Shown here piece after piece: positions 40,158-50,800 of a DNA stretch of 64,000 nucleotides. The notes beneath the pieces were generated by a model, which searched no databases, had not been told where the DNA came from, and was given only the letters and a program-made list of their open reading frames with translations. Numbering within the stretch: the stretch's first letter is position 1; the number at the start of each line of letters is the position of its first letter. A program made the position numbers and the translations under genes. The stretch is from Candidatus Fervidifonticultor secundus (GTDB lineage: Bacteria; Sysuimicrobiota; Sysuimicrobiia; Sysuimicrobiales; Humicultoraceae), in NCBI GenBank assembly GCA_031459385.1, contig JAVKIP010000002.1, forward strand, positions 160,355 to 224,354. Direction: 5' to 3'.

Positions 40158-41434
40158 CGCCGTGCCTCCTCGCCCAGCCGGGCGCGCAGCGTCGCCACCA
40201 GCGCATCGCGCGCCACGGTCTCCTGCCGCCCCGTGGCCATCGCGCGCACCGTCACCACACCTGCGCTCAGCTCGGCATCGCCCAGAACCGCTGCCACCTG
40301 TGCGCCGACGCGGTGGGCGTGGCGCATCTGGGCCCGGACGTCCCGGCCCAGCAGATCCACCTCCACGTGCAGCCCCGCGGCCCTGAGCTCGTCGGCCAGA
40401 CGCAGGCCCGCCGGCCGCGCGGCGTCGCCCACCGTGACAACCATCACCTGCACGCCGCTCCCGACAGCCGCCGCCAGCTCCTCCTGCTCGAGCACCAGGA
40501 GCAGCCGGTCGAGCCCCAGACCAAAGCCCACGCCGGGTGTCGGCGGGCCGCCGAGCTGCTCGGCCAGGCCATCGTAGCGACCGCCGCCGAAGACAGCATT
40601 CTGCGCGCCCAGGCGTCCGGAGTAGACTTCGAACGCGGTCCGCGTGTAGTAGTCCATGCCGCGGACGATGAACCGGTCGAGGACGTACGGAATCTCCAGG
40701 GTCTCCAGGTGGGCCCGCACGCCGGCGAAGTGCTCTGCGCACGGTGCGCAGAGCACGTCGACGATGGCCGGCGCTCCGGCGGCGACGCGGCGGCATCCTT
40801 CCTGCTTGCACTCCAGAATGCGGAGCGGCTGTCGCTCGAAGCGCCGCCGACAGTCGGCGCACAGCTCGTCCAGGAGCGGCCGGACGTACGCCCGCAGCGC
40901 CTCCAGGTAGCGCGGCCGGCAGGCCGCGTCGCCGACGCTGTTGAGCCGCACCTCAACGTGTGCCAGCCCGAGCGCCTGCAGGAGCCGTACCGGCAGGCTG
41001 AGCACCTCGGCGTCGGCCGCAGGGTCGGCGCTGCCGATGATCTCAGCGCCGAACTGCGTATGCTGGCGATACCGACCCTTCTGCGGACGGTCGTAGCGGA
41101 ACATGCTGGCCAGGTAATACAGCTTCACGGGCTGCGGCCACTGGCGCAGGCCGTGCTCAAGGAAGGCCCGCACCACGCCGGCGGTCCCCTCCGGTCGCAG
41201 GCTCAGTGACCGCCCGCTGCGGTCGGCGAAGGTGTACATCTCCTTTTCGACGATGTCCGTGGCCTCGCCCACGGTCCGCTGGAACACCTCGGTGTGCTCC
41301 ACCACCGGCGTGCGGATCTCTCGAAAGCCGTACCGCGCGGCGAGCGCGTGTATGCGCGCCTCCAGAGCCTGCCAGCGTTCCACCTCGCCGGGCAGGATGT
41401 CGCGCATCCCGCGCGGTGCCTGGATCTCCGCCAC
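40154..41434 (-). CDS. hisS: Histidine--tRNA ligase
   Basis: PRG..D, KEMY.F.D, LRPEGTA, FRY.RPQ.GR.RQ, VRG.DYY, GGGRYD. Confidence 0.98.
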   Translation of the reverse strand: MAEIQAPRGMRDILPGEVERWQALEARIHALAARYGFREIRTPVVEHTEVFQRTVGEATDIVEKEMYTFADRSGRSLSLRPEGTAGVVRAFLEHGLRQWPQPVKLYYLASMFRYDRPQKGRYRQHTQFGAEIIGSADPAADAEVLSLPVRLLQALGLAHVEVRLNSVGDAACRPRYLEALRAYVRPLLDELCADCRRRFERQPLRILECKQEGCRRVAAGAPAIVDVLCAPCAEHFAGVRAHLETLEIPYVLDRFIVRGMDYYTRTAFEVYSGRLGAQNAVFGGGRYDGLAEQLGGPPTPGVGFGLGLDRLLLVLEQEELAAAVGSGVQVMVVTVGDAARPAGLRLADELRAAGLHVEVDLLGRDVRAQMRHAHRVGAQVAAVLGDAELSAGVVTVRAMATGRQETVARDALVATLRARLGEEARR

Positions 41435-41464
41435 CGTGCCGCCTCCCCTCGCCTGCCCCGACCA

Positions 41465-41726
41465 AACGCAGGCGCGCCCTCGCCCCACAGGGGCGAGAGC
41501 GCGCAGCTCCCGCGGTGCCACCCTGCTTGCCCTCCCGGTCGCTACCGCAACCGGGGTCTCGGCCACTCCCTCGCGATCACGGGCGAACCCGGACGCCTGC
41601 CCACCTGGGCGGCATCGGCTCAGGAGCTGTCGTTCGGTCCCGGGGAACCTGCAGGCGCTTCCAGCCCGCAGCGCGGGCGCCTGCTCTCTGCCAGGCGCCG
41701 GAACCTACTCCGCTCCGTCGTCGCCA
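41465..41726 (-). promoter_or_regulatory. T-box riboswitch with Asp (GAC) specifier upstream of hisS-aspS
   Basis: Stem I with GA motif, AGUA, AGAGA and GCUG elements; specifier loop GAAC-GAC-A (GAC at 41631-41629); T-box AAGCAGGGTGGCACCGCG (41528-41511); overlapping terminator hairpin. Confidence 0.92.
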
Positions 41727-41746
41727 ATGCGGCGAAACCCGCATCT

Positions 41747-41777
41747 ATTCTAGCAGCGCCGGCCCCGCGCCGGTCAA
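41747..41777 (-). promoter_or_regulatory. Promoter for T-box/hisS
   Basis: TTGACC, 19 nt, TG-extended TAGAAT. Confidence 0.6.
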
Positions 41778-41891
41778 CGACGTTCCGGCGACCCCAAGGC
41801 GGCGCTTGCGCCGGCCGTCGGCGTGGCCTATGCTAGCCAGTGATCCTGCGCGCCGACAGCCGGCGCCCCATCATGCGCGGGGAGGTATGGC

Positions 41892-42599
41892 GTGCACGCG
41901 GTCATCTTGGCCGGCGGACGCGGAGAGCGTCTGCGGCCATTCACCGAGGATCGACCCAAGCCCATGGTGGAGATCATGGGGGTCCCGCTCCTGGCCTACC
42001 AGCTGCACTGGCTGCAGACCCAGGGCGTCACCGAGGTGGTCATCGGCTGCGGCTACCGGCACGAGGTGATCACGGACTACTTCGGCGACGGCGCCAAGTG
42101 GGGCATGCGCATCCACTATGCCGTGGAGGACGAGCCGTTGGGCCGCGGCGGGGCCATCAAGCACGCCTACCGCCGCCTGCCCGGCACTCCCGCCCTCATC
42201 GTTGCCACCAACGGGGATGTCATCACGAATCTGCCGCTGCTGCCGGTCGTTGAGCACCATCGCGCGCGAGGGTTCCTGGCCACCGTGGTCCTCACCCCGT
42301 ATGTGAGCACCTACGGCCTGGTGGAAGTCGACGCCCACGATCGGGTCGTGGCGTTCCACGAGAAGCCCACGCTGCCCTACTGGGTCAACGCCGGGGTTTA
42401 CATCCTCTCGAACCAGGCCGTGGAGCTGTTTCCCGACACCGGCGACCACGAGACGACCATCTTCCCCGCGCTGGCGGCGCAGGGCCGGCTCGGCGCGTAC
42501 AAATCCACCGCCTACTGGCGGGCGGTGGACACGGTGAAGGATCTCTCGGAGGTGAAGAAGGAGCTGGAGCGCCGGCTGCTCAGTGCGTTCCTGGCGTAG
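41892..42599 (+). CDS. Nucleotidyltransferase (NDP-sugar pyrophosphorylase family)
   Basis: ILAGG.G.RL.P.T..RPKPM, E..PLG.GGA, NGD, EKP, NAG.Y. Confidence 0.92.
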   Translation: MHAVILAGGRGERLRPFTEDRPKPMVEIMGVPLLAYQLHWLQTQGVTEVVIGCGYRHEVITDYFGDGAKWGMRIHYAVEDEPLGRGGAIKHAYRRLPGTPALIVATNGDVITNLPLLPVVEHHRARGFLATVVLTPYVSTYGLVEVDAHDRVVAFHEKPTLPYWVNAGVYILSNQAVELFPDTGDHETTIFPALAAQGRLGAYKSTAYWRAVDTVKDLSEVKKELERRLLSAFLA

Positions 42600-43050
42600 C
42601 CCGGGCTCGCGGGACGACCTCGAGTACCAGCGTGACGGGGCCGTCGTTGTAGATTTCCACCAGCATGGACGCTCCGAAGCGCCCGGTGGCGACCCGGATC
42701 CCGTGGGCGCGCAGGCGCTCCGCCACCCGCGCGCACAGCGGCGCGGCACGCTCCGGCGGCGCCGCGCGCGCGAACGACGGCCGCCGGCCGCGGCTGGTAT
42801 CACCGTAGAGGGTGAACTGTGGCACGAGCAAGACCTCGCCGCCGACGTCGAGCAGCGACCGGTTCAGCTTGCCGGCGCTGTCGTCGAAGAAGCGCAGGTG
42901 GGCCAGCTTGTCGGCCATGGCGTCGGCTTCGGCGGGACTGTCGCCGTCCCCCACGCCGAGGAGGACCACGACGCCTCGGCCAATGACCCCGACGGGCGTC
43001 TCGCCCACCCGCGCCACGCCGCGCATCACCCGCTGGACGACCGCGCGCAC
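42580..43050 (-). CDS. dtd: D-aminoacyl-tRNA deacylase
   Basis: MRAVVQRV, PQFTL, GRRPSF, G.FGA.M.V...NDGPVT. Confidence 0.97.
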   Translation of the reverse strand: MRAVVQRVMRGVARVGETPVGVIGRGVVVLLGVGDGDSPAEADAMADKLAHLRFFDDSAGKLNRSLLDVGGEVLLVPQFTLYGDTSRGRRPSFARAAPPERAAPLCARVAERLRAHGIRVATGRFGASMLVEIYNDGPVTLVLEVVPRARATPGTH

Positions 43051-43052
43051 GG

Positions 43053-44246
43053 CTACGGTGCGGGCGCGCCGGCCGCCAGCACCTCTCGGAGCGCGGCGAC
43101 CACCTGCTGCGAGTCGTCAGGCGTGTTGTAGAAGTAGGGGGACAGGCGCACGAGCCCGGGGCGGGCGTCCACCACGATACCCCGCGCACGCAGTCCCGTG
43201 ACGACGCCGGGAGGGTCCGGGACGGGCACCGTCACGATGCCAGCGTGCCCGTCGAGGGCGATCGGCACGCGGGGCGTCAGACCCGCGGCGCGCAGCCGAT
43301 CCACCAGATCGGCGACCAGCTCGAGCTGACGGCGGCGGAGCTGCGTCGCGCCGATCTCGAGCACGATCTCCAGCCCAGCGTCTGCGGCGTACGCCGCCGC
43401 CAGGGCCGGCGTGCCCCCCTCGAAGCGCCGCGCGTCCGCTGCGGGCTCGAACCGGTCGGTGCGGAACGCGAACTGGTCGCGATGCGCGAACCACCCGACC
43501 GCGCTCGGGTGCAGGTGCTCGTGCAGCTCACGGCGAACGTAGAGGAACGCGAACCCCGGCCCACCGAGCAGCCACTTCAATCCCCCCGTGACCAGGAAGT
43601 CGACCCCGAGCGCACGGACGTCGGTCGGCAGCTGGCCGGTGGCCTGGTAGGCGTCGATGAGGCACAGGGCGCCCCGGCGGTGCGCCAGGTCGGCCAGCGC
43701 GGCGACGTCCTGCACGTAGCCGCTGGTGTAGTAGACATGGGAGGCCACGATCAGGGACGTCCGCACATCGGCGGCAGCGGCGTACGCCTCCACTGGCGTC
43801 GTGACCGCGTCGGGATCGCCCACAACGCTGGGCGCAAGACCAGTGGGCTCTCTGGCGAGCCACTGGTAGACCGTAGTGGGGAAGTCGAGCCGGCTGACGA
43901 CCACCCGGGGGCGCCGCGGGTCCCAGACCGCGCTGGCGACGGCGGTGAGGGCAGCCGTAATGGATGGGAAGAGGGCGACCTCCTCGGGTGCCGCGCCGAT
44001 GACCCGCGCGCACTTCGCACGCAGTGCCGCGAGGCGCTCCCACCACGGTCCGTACCACGCCGCGGCGCCGTGCGCGTGCCACAGGTCCAAAAACCGCCGG
44101 ACGGCGGCCTCGACCCGCACCGACAACGCCCCCAGCGAGCACGTGTTGAAGTACACGGCCCGCCGGAAGATGGGGAACTCCTGACGCCAGCGCCCCCAGT
44201 CCGGCGCGGCGGCCCCGGGCATCGGCAGCTGGTCGGGCGCGGGCAC
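43053..44246 (-). CDS. Class V PLP-dependent enzyme (kynureninase-like)
   Basis: YFN..S.G, DFPT..Y, DAYQ..G, GGLKWL.GGPG, GWF, RFEGGTP, RLSP..YN. Confidence 0.85.
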   Translation of the reverse strand: MPAPDQLPMPGAAAPDWGRWRQEFPIFRRAVYFNTCSLGALSVRVEAAVRRFLDLWHAHGAAAWYGPWWERLAALRAKCARVIGAAPEEVALFPSITAALTAVASAVWDPRRPRVVVSRLDFPTTVYQWLAREPTGLAPSVVGDPDAVTTPVEAYAAAADVRTSLIVASHVYYTSGYVQDVAALADLAHRRGALCLIDAYQATGQLPTDVRALGVDFLVTGGLKWLLGGPGFAFLYVRRELHEHLHPSAVGWFAHRDQFAFRTDRFEPAADARRFEGGTPALAAAYAADAGLEIVLEIGATQLRRRQLELVADLVDRLRAAGLTPRVPIALDGHAGIVTVPVPDPPGVVTGLRARGIVVDARPGLVRLSPYFYNTPDDSQQVVAALREVLAAGAPAP

Positions 44247-44252
44247 CGCCCC

Positions 44253-45434
44253 CTACGTGCGCCGGACCGGCTCCAGCACCTTCAGCCGCCGCCGGACGTC
44301 CTCAAGGGTCTGGCGGCGCTTGGGGTACGCGAACCGCACGTACTGTCGGCCGGCGGCGGGATCGCGGTAGAAACTGCTGCCGGGCACAGCCCCCACGCCG
44401 CAGCGCTCGACGAGCGCCCGTGCGAAGGTGGTGTCGTCGGGACTCCCAAACGCGCTGATCTCGGCCATGATGTAGTACGCGCCGCGCGGGGGCAGGCACC
44501 GGAAGCCGGCGTCCGTCAGGATCTCCAAGAGCAGGTCGCGTTTCTGCTGGTACATGGCGGACAGCTGCGTGTAGTAGTCACGCGGGAAGCGTAGCGCCAC
44601 GGCGCTGGCCTCCTGCAACGCCGCGGCCGCACCCACCGTGAGGAAGTCGTGCGCCTTGCGGATACCGTCAGCGATGGCGGGATCGCCGGCAATGGCCCAG
44701 CCGACCCGCCAGCCGGTGACGCTGTAGGTCTTGGACATGCTGTTGATGGTCACGGTTCGGTCGAACATGCCGGGGAGCGCCGCCAGGCTCAGGTGTTCCG
44801 CGCCGTCGTAGACGATGTGCTCGTACACCTCGTCGGTGATGGCCAGCGCGTCCCACCGCTGGCAGAGGGCGGCGATCAGCTCCAGCTCCGCGCGGGTGAA
44901 CACTTTACCGGTGGGGTTGTGGGGGGTGTTGACGATGATGGCGCGGGTACGCGGTCCGAAGGCCGCGCGCAACTCGTCGGGATCGAACGGCAGGCCAGGC
45001 GCGTCCAGGCGCAGCCGGACGTGGCGCAGGCTGGCCCCGGACAGCAACGCATCGGGCCCGTAGTTCTCGTAGAACGGCTCGAAGACCACGACCTCGTCCC
45101 CGGGGTCCAGCACGGCCAGGAGGGTGGCCATCATGGCCTCGGTGGCGCCGCAGGTGACGGTGATGTGTCGATCAGGGTCCACCGAGAGGCCGTTGTACCA
45201 CGCCACCTTTTCGGCCAGGGCCTGCCGCAGGCGCGGCGACCCCCACGTGACGGCGTACTGGTTCCACCCGTCGCGCAGGGCCCGGACCGCCGCCTCGACG
45301 AGCTCCGGCGGGGCGTCGAAGTCCGGAAATCCCTGGGCCAGGTTGATGCCCCCGTGCTGGTCCGTGATGCGGGTCATCTCGCGAATGACCGATTCCGTGA
45401 ACAGGTTCACTCTCGCCGCCGTCGTGCGCTTCAC
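44253..45434 (-). CDS. Class I/II aminotransferase (YbdL/kynurenine aminotransferase-like)
   Basis: INLAQGFPD, T.GATEA, NTPHNPTG, DEVY, S.SKT..VTGWR.GW. Confidence 0.92.
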   Translation of the reverse strand: MKRTTAARVNLFTESVIREMTRITDQHGGINLAQGFPDFDAPPELVEAAVRALRDGWNQYAVTWGSPRLRQALAEKVAWYNGLSVDPDRHITVTCGATEAMMATLLAVLDPGDEVVVFEPFYENYGPDALLSGASLRHVRLRLDAPGLPFDPDELRAAFGPRTRAIIVNTPHNPTGKVFTRAELELIAALCQRWDALAITDEVYEHIVYDGAEHLSLAALPGMFDRTVTINSMSKTYSVTGWRVGWAIAGDPAIADGIRKAHDFLTVGAAAALQEASAVALRFPRDYYTQLSAMYQQKRDLLLEILTDAGFRCLPPRGAYYIMAEISAFGSPDDTTFARALVERCGVGAVPGSSFYRDPAAGRQYVRFAYPKRRQTLEDVRRRLKVLEPVRRT

Positions 45435-45484
45435 GCCGTCCCCCCTGCGTGATGATCGATGTGGTGCGCGGTACACCCGGGCGG

Positions 45485-47692
45485 TCAGGTGGGTACCACG
45501 CGGGCCACGTTGAAGACCTCCGGGACCTTCTCGATCTTCTGCATGACCCCGTGGAGCTGGCCCACGTTGCGGATGTCGAGGACGATGTTGGTGACCGCGA
45601 CCTTGTCCCTGCGGACCCGGGCATTGACGGAGATGACGTTGGTCTTGGTCTCCGCAATGGCGGCCAGGATGTCTTTCAGGAGCCCGACGCGGTCAAAGGC
45701 CTCCACCTCGACCTCGACCTGGTAGGGACCCTCGTGTGCCCGCTCCCACTCCACCTCCATGACCCGCTCGGGGTGCGCCCGCAGAAACGCGATGTTGGGG
45801 CAGTCGCTCCGGTGGATGGTGACGCCCCGCCCTCGGGTTACGTAGCCGACGATGCGGTCGCCGGGCAGGGGCGTGCAGCACCGCGCGAAGTGCATGAGCA
45901 CGTTGTCCACGCCGCGGATCCGCACCCCGCGGGACGCCTGGGTCGGCGGCCCCGCCGGCGGGGAGGGCAGCACCTGGACCTCCTCGGTCGGCGCCTCGCC
46001 CCGCAGGGCCCCCACCACGTGCAGCAGCGACACGTCACCGTTGCCGATGGCGGCCAGCAGTTCCTCCTCGGAGCGCAGGTTGAACTGCGCCGCCACCTCC
46101 CGCAGGCGCTCGGCCTTCATGGCCGCTGCCACCGCGCCGGTGCGCCGCAGCTCGCGTTCCAGCAGCTCCCGCCCGCGAACGACGTTCTCCTGGTGGCGCT
46201 CCTTCTTGAACCACTGCTTGATCTTCGACCGCGCGTTGCTGGTCACCACGAACCCCAGCCAGTCGCGGCTCGGGCCCGGGCTGGACTTGTTCGTGACGAT
46301 CTCCACGATGTCACCGGTGTGCAGCCTGTGCGACAGCGGCACCAGGCGGCCGTTCACCTTGGCCCCCACCGTGTGGTGGCCGACGTCGGTGTGAATGCGG
46401 TACGCGAAGTCCACGGGGGTGGCGCCCGCCGGCAGGTCGACGACGTCTCCCTTGGGCGTGAAGACGAACACCTCGTTCTGGAACAGGTCCAGACGGATCG
46501 ACTCGACGAACTCCCGGGCGTCTGCCAGATCCTGCTGCCACTCCAGGAGCTGGCGCAGCCACGCCAGCTTGCGCTCGACCTCGCGCTCGGCGGCCGAGCC
46601 CTGCTTGTACTTCCAGTGGGCCGCGATCCCGTGCTCGGCTTCATGGTGCATCTGGTGGGTGCGGATCTGGATCTCCAGCGGCTCGCCCTCGTAGAGAACT
46701 GCCGTGTGCAGCGACTGGTAGCCACTGGTCTTGGGGTTGGCGATGTAATCATCGAACTCCCCGGGGATCGGCTTCCACAGCGAATGCACGACGCCCAGGG
46801 CCGCGTAGCAGTCCTTGACGTCGTCTACCAGAACGCGGATACCCAGCCGGTCGTAGATCCTGGCGATGCTCTGGCCCGTGTACTTCGGCCGCTGCAGCTT
46901 CTTCCAGATGCTGTAGAGATGCTTGGGCCGTCCGGTGATGTGCCGGCGGTCGATCTTGATCCCGGCCTTCTGCAACTCGCGGTGCAGCACCGTGCACACC
47001 CGGTCGACCAGCGCCTGCCGGGCCTCTTCCGCCTGCGCGAGTTCCCGCGCGATCTCGGCATGGGTCTCCGGGTGGAGCTCGCGGAACGCCAGATCTTCCA
47101 GTTCCTTTTGGAGACTGCCGATGCCCAGGCGCTCGGCCAGCGGGGCGTAGATCTCTAGGGTCTCCTGGGCGGTGCGCTTCCGCTTCCACTCGGGCAACGG
47201 TGCGATCGTCCGCATGTTGTGCAGGCGGTCGGCGAGTTTGATGAGCACGATGCGGATGTCGTTGGCCATGGCCAGGAACATCTTGCGCAGACTCTCGGCC
47301 TGGCGCTCCTCGCGGCTCTGCCACTCGATCTTGCCCAGCTTGGTCACGCCGTCCACCAGCGCGGCGATCTCGGGGCCGAAGCGCTCCCGGAGCTCAGTCG
47401 CCTCCACGCCGGTGTCCTCCAGCACGTCGTGGAGCAGCGCGGCCGCCACCGTCGTGGGATCGAGGTGTAGCTCCGCCAGGATGGTGGCGACGGCCACGCA
47501 GTGGGACACGTAGGGCTCCCCTGACGCGCGCGTCTGGCCCTCGTGCGCCCGGGCGGCAGCCAGGTACGCGTCGCGCACAACGTCCAGATCGGCCTTGGGG
47601 AACCGCTGGCGCAGCGTCGCCACCAGGCCCTGGACCTCGGCAGGCAGCGCCTGGAAGCTGCTCGGTTGTCGGAGCAGGTCCAGCCACTTCAC
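45485..47692 (-). CDS. rel: Bifunctional (p)ppGpp synthetase/hydrolase Rel
   Basis: HEGQ.R.SGEPY..H, LLHDV.ED, KLADRLHN, RPKHLYSI, YQSLHT, EIQIRT; TGS, ZFD, ACT domains. Confidence 0.98.
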   Translation of the reverse strand: MKWLDLLRQPSSFQALPAEVQGLVATLRQRFPKADLDVVRDAYLAAARAHEGQTRASGEPYVSHCVAVATILAELHLDPTTVAAALLHDVLEDTGVEATELRERFGPEIAALVDGVTKLGKIEWQSREERQAESLRKMFLAMANDIRIVLIKLADRLHNMRTIAPLPEWKRKRTAQETLEIYAPLAERLGIGSLQKELEDLAFRELHPETHAEIARELAQAEEARQALVDRVCTVLHRELQKAGIKIDRRHITGRPKHLYSIWKKLQRPKYTGQSIARIYDRLGIRVLVDDVKDCYAALGVVHSLWKPIPGEFDDYIANPKTSGYQSLHTAVLYEGEPLEIQIRTHQMHHEAEHGIAAHWKYKQGSAAEREVERKLAWLRQLLEWQQDLADAREFVESIRLDLFQNEVFVFTPKGDVVDLPAGATPVDFAYRIHTDVGHHTVGAKVNGRLVPLSHRLHTGDIVEIVTNKSSPGPSRDWLGFVVTSNARSKIKQWFKKERHQENVVRGRELLERELRRTGAVAAAMKAERLREVAAQFNLRSEEELLAAIGNGDVSLLHVVGALRGEAPTEEVQVLPSPPAGPPTQASRGVRIRGVDNVLMHFARCCTPLPGDRIVGYVTRGRGVTIHRSDCPNIAFLRAHPERVMEVEWERAHEGPYQVEVEVEAFDRVGLLKDILAAIAETKTNVISVNARVRRDKVAVTNIVLDIRNVGQLHGVMQKIEKVPEVFNVARVVPT

Positions 47693-47801
47693 GGGGCGTC
47701 ACCCCGCACCGCGTCTGTCACCATGTGCCCGTAGATGTGGCCAATATGTATAATAATTCGCGGTTTCCCCCCAGGCACCTTCCGGGCCAGGCGAGCGACC
47801 G

Positions 47802-50800
47802 TCAACACCCCACCAGATCAGCCAGAATCTGCGCTGCCGGGCTGCTGGCCCACGCCCGCAGTGCGCCCAGGGCGCTGCGGGCCCGCTCGCCCTCAGCGTA
47901 CCGCAGGGATCGGGTGAGATCCACGCGGTCGGCCAGGCCGGCCAGCGTGTAGCGAACGCCCTCCCCGAGGTCTTCGCGGGCAAGCACCCCGGCTTCTGTC
48001 AGGACGGCCAGGACGGCCTCAAGCTCGGCCGCCGTGCAGCCGGCCCCCTGGAGGGCAGGAGGATGCCCGGGCACGGCGTTGATGGATCCGCCCGCGGCGC
48101 GGATCGCGCGGTAGCAACGGGCGAGCGCCGCCCGCGACGGAAAAACCGCGTCGAGCGCGGCTTCTGCTCCGGCCAGGTGGTCTGGCGGGTAGGCGAGGAC
48201 CACCGTCGCGGCCCGCCCCCCCAGCCCGGCGAGCCCCAGTTCCTCCGCGGCCAGCAGAGGGTCGGGCCGCAGGGCCAGCGCAACGACGCGGCGCGCATCG
48301 GGTGGAATCGCGGGATCGGTCGCGTGGGTTCCGAGGACCAGGCACGCAAGGCGCCCGGCGCCAAACAGGTCCTCGAGGACGCGTCGCAGCGTCGTCGGCA
48401 GTCCAGTGTGGTAGTAGGCCACCCGGTGGCGGCCTGTGCTCCCCTCGTGGAGACGCGTGGCCAGCGACACGCTGGCTGCGGGATCGGCGACCAGCACCAG
48501 CGTCTTCTCCAACCTGCCATCCGGCCGGCGGGCGGTAAGCCACGCGTCGGCATCCCGCCCGCGCCGGTCGATCACGCGCAGCGCCGCGCGTGGCCCGGTC
48601 CGAACCGCCGGCACCCCGAAGGCCCGCGCCGCGTGCCCGCCCAGGACAGCCGGCGGGATGGAGCCGATCAGGAGGCGCACTGCACCGCCGGCCCGATCGA
48701 GCAGGTGCTCGACCTCATCCGCTGCCACGGCGTCGCCCACCACCACCGCCGGAGCGGCCCGGTCGCTGTTGCGGTCGATCCAGGCCAGCGACGCGATCAG
48801 CAGGTCGAGCCGCCCACGCTCCAGGGCTTCGGCCACCCGGCCGGCGGCGCCGGGCGAGACCGCCCCGTGGATCACGGCTGCCCGGACACCCAGGCGCCGC
48901 AGCCATGGTATCATCAATTCCCCCCACGCCTCCGCAACCGCCGCACGCGGCACGGCCAGGACGACTGGCCGCCGGGTGGAGACCCATACCGCCAGGGCAG
49001 CCATGACGGCCGTGGGCACGAGCCCTCGCCCTGGACCCAGCGGGAGGACCAGACGCTCGCCGCCCTGCAGCCGCGCCAGGATCTCGCGCTGCGCGGCCGT
49101 CGGCGCGCGGCCGCGCAACAGACGGGCAGCGAGGAAGTCCGTGAGGTCGGCGCCCGCCGGCCAGCGCGCCGACGGGGCCTGGCCTTCCTCCTCCTCCGGC
49201 CATGCCGGTGCCTCGCGCTCGACCAGGATGTTGAGACCCCACGCGCGCTCCCCGCCGCCGGTCACTGCCACCGCCGTCGCCGCATACCGTGCACCGGCGT
49301 CCATGGCGGGGGCCAGATGCGCGGCGAGACGTGCGCGAAGGAAGCCGAGCGGGGTGCCATCGAGCCGCCGAACCTGCACCGCGTACGGGTCGCTCGGATT
49401 GCGGGGTTCGCGCACCAGGCGGAGTCGCTCTCCGGGCCTGACGGTCTGTACAGCAGCTTGGCGTCCCGCGTAGGTCACGCCGACGACCTTGGTGTGGAAG
49501 GCCTCGGCCTGCTCAAGCGGCCGCCGCTCGCCGTCGAGGTAGTCGGACGCGCGCGCGAAGAGCCGGTCCAACACCTGGACAGCATCGGCGGTCACGGCCT
49601 CCAGGTCTACCCCGGGCGTCGCCATGTCCACCGCGACGAGCTGCACCGCCGGCGGATCTACCCAGGGATCCATCGCGAGGGTGTAGGCCAGGTCCACGCG
49701 CGCGCGAGTGAAGGCCAGGAGTTCGGCCTTCTCGCCGTGTCGAAAGGCGATCGCCTCGACCGTCCGGCGGCCGTCGCCGACCACCAGGCGCAGGTGCGCA
49801 CCGTCGCCCACCAGCGTCGTGCCCACGGCCTGCAGGCCTCGCGTCAGGAACACCGGCTCGGGGTTGCCCGGCCCATGGGGCGCCAGGCGGCCCAGTGCGT
49901 CCACCAGCTCGGGCGAGAGCACGCTCAGGTCGACCTCGGCATCCGCCTCCACCACCGGGCGAAGATCCTCGGGCGTGACGCGAGTGGCCACGGCCTGCTC
50001 GAACGCGCGGGCGAACGCTGCGGTGGCGCCGGCAGCGATCACCAGCCCCGCGGCCATGGCGTGGCCCCCGTAGCCGAGCAGATGGCGGTCGGCCTCGCGA
50101 AGCGCCTCCAGCAGGTGCACGATCGGGATGCTGCGGGCCGAGCCCCGGCCGCGTTCTCCCTCGAGCGCGATCATCACCACGGGACGATGAAACCGCTCCA
50201 CCAGCTGCGAGGCTACGATGCCGATCACACCTGGGTGCCAGCCCTCCTGCGCCAGGACGACGGCCGGCCGGTCGAGCAGACCCTCGCGCTCCACGCGCTC
50301 AAGCACCTCTGCCAGGACCGCGTCGCAGAGTTGGCGGCGCTGCGCGTTGAGCCGGTCGAGGCCCTCGGCCAGCGCCCGCGCTTCCTCCGGGTCATCGGTG
50401 AGCAGCAGGCGCACCGCGTCGCTCGCGTGGGCCAGCCTGCCGGCAGCATTGAGCCGCGGGGCCATGCCGTGTGAGATGTCCCGCACCGCAAAGGGCGGCC
50501 GCACGCCGGCCACCTCGACGAGCGCCGCGAGCCCCGGCCGATGCGGCCGCGCCAGGGACGCCAGTCCAGCAGCGACCAGCACACGGTTGTCCCCCAGCAG
50601 CGTCACGGCGTCTGCGACCGTGCCGATGGCGGCCAGGGGTACCAGGTCGTCGGGGACTGCGCGGCCCGCACGGCCAAACAGGGCCCGCGCAGCCTGGAAG
50701 GCCAGCCCGGCCGCGCAGTAGTCTTCGGGCGGCGGGGACGTCCGTTTGGGATTCACCAGCGCCGCAGCGGGCGGCAGGACCTCGGGGGGTTCGTGGTGGT

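Noticed and set aside
43053..44246. Class V PLP enzyme as the cysteine desulfurase for MnmA
   Set aside because: No SGSAC or RxGHHC catalytic Cys motif; KWL.GGPG and GWF are kynureninase-like.
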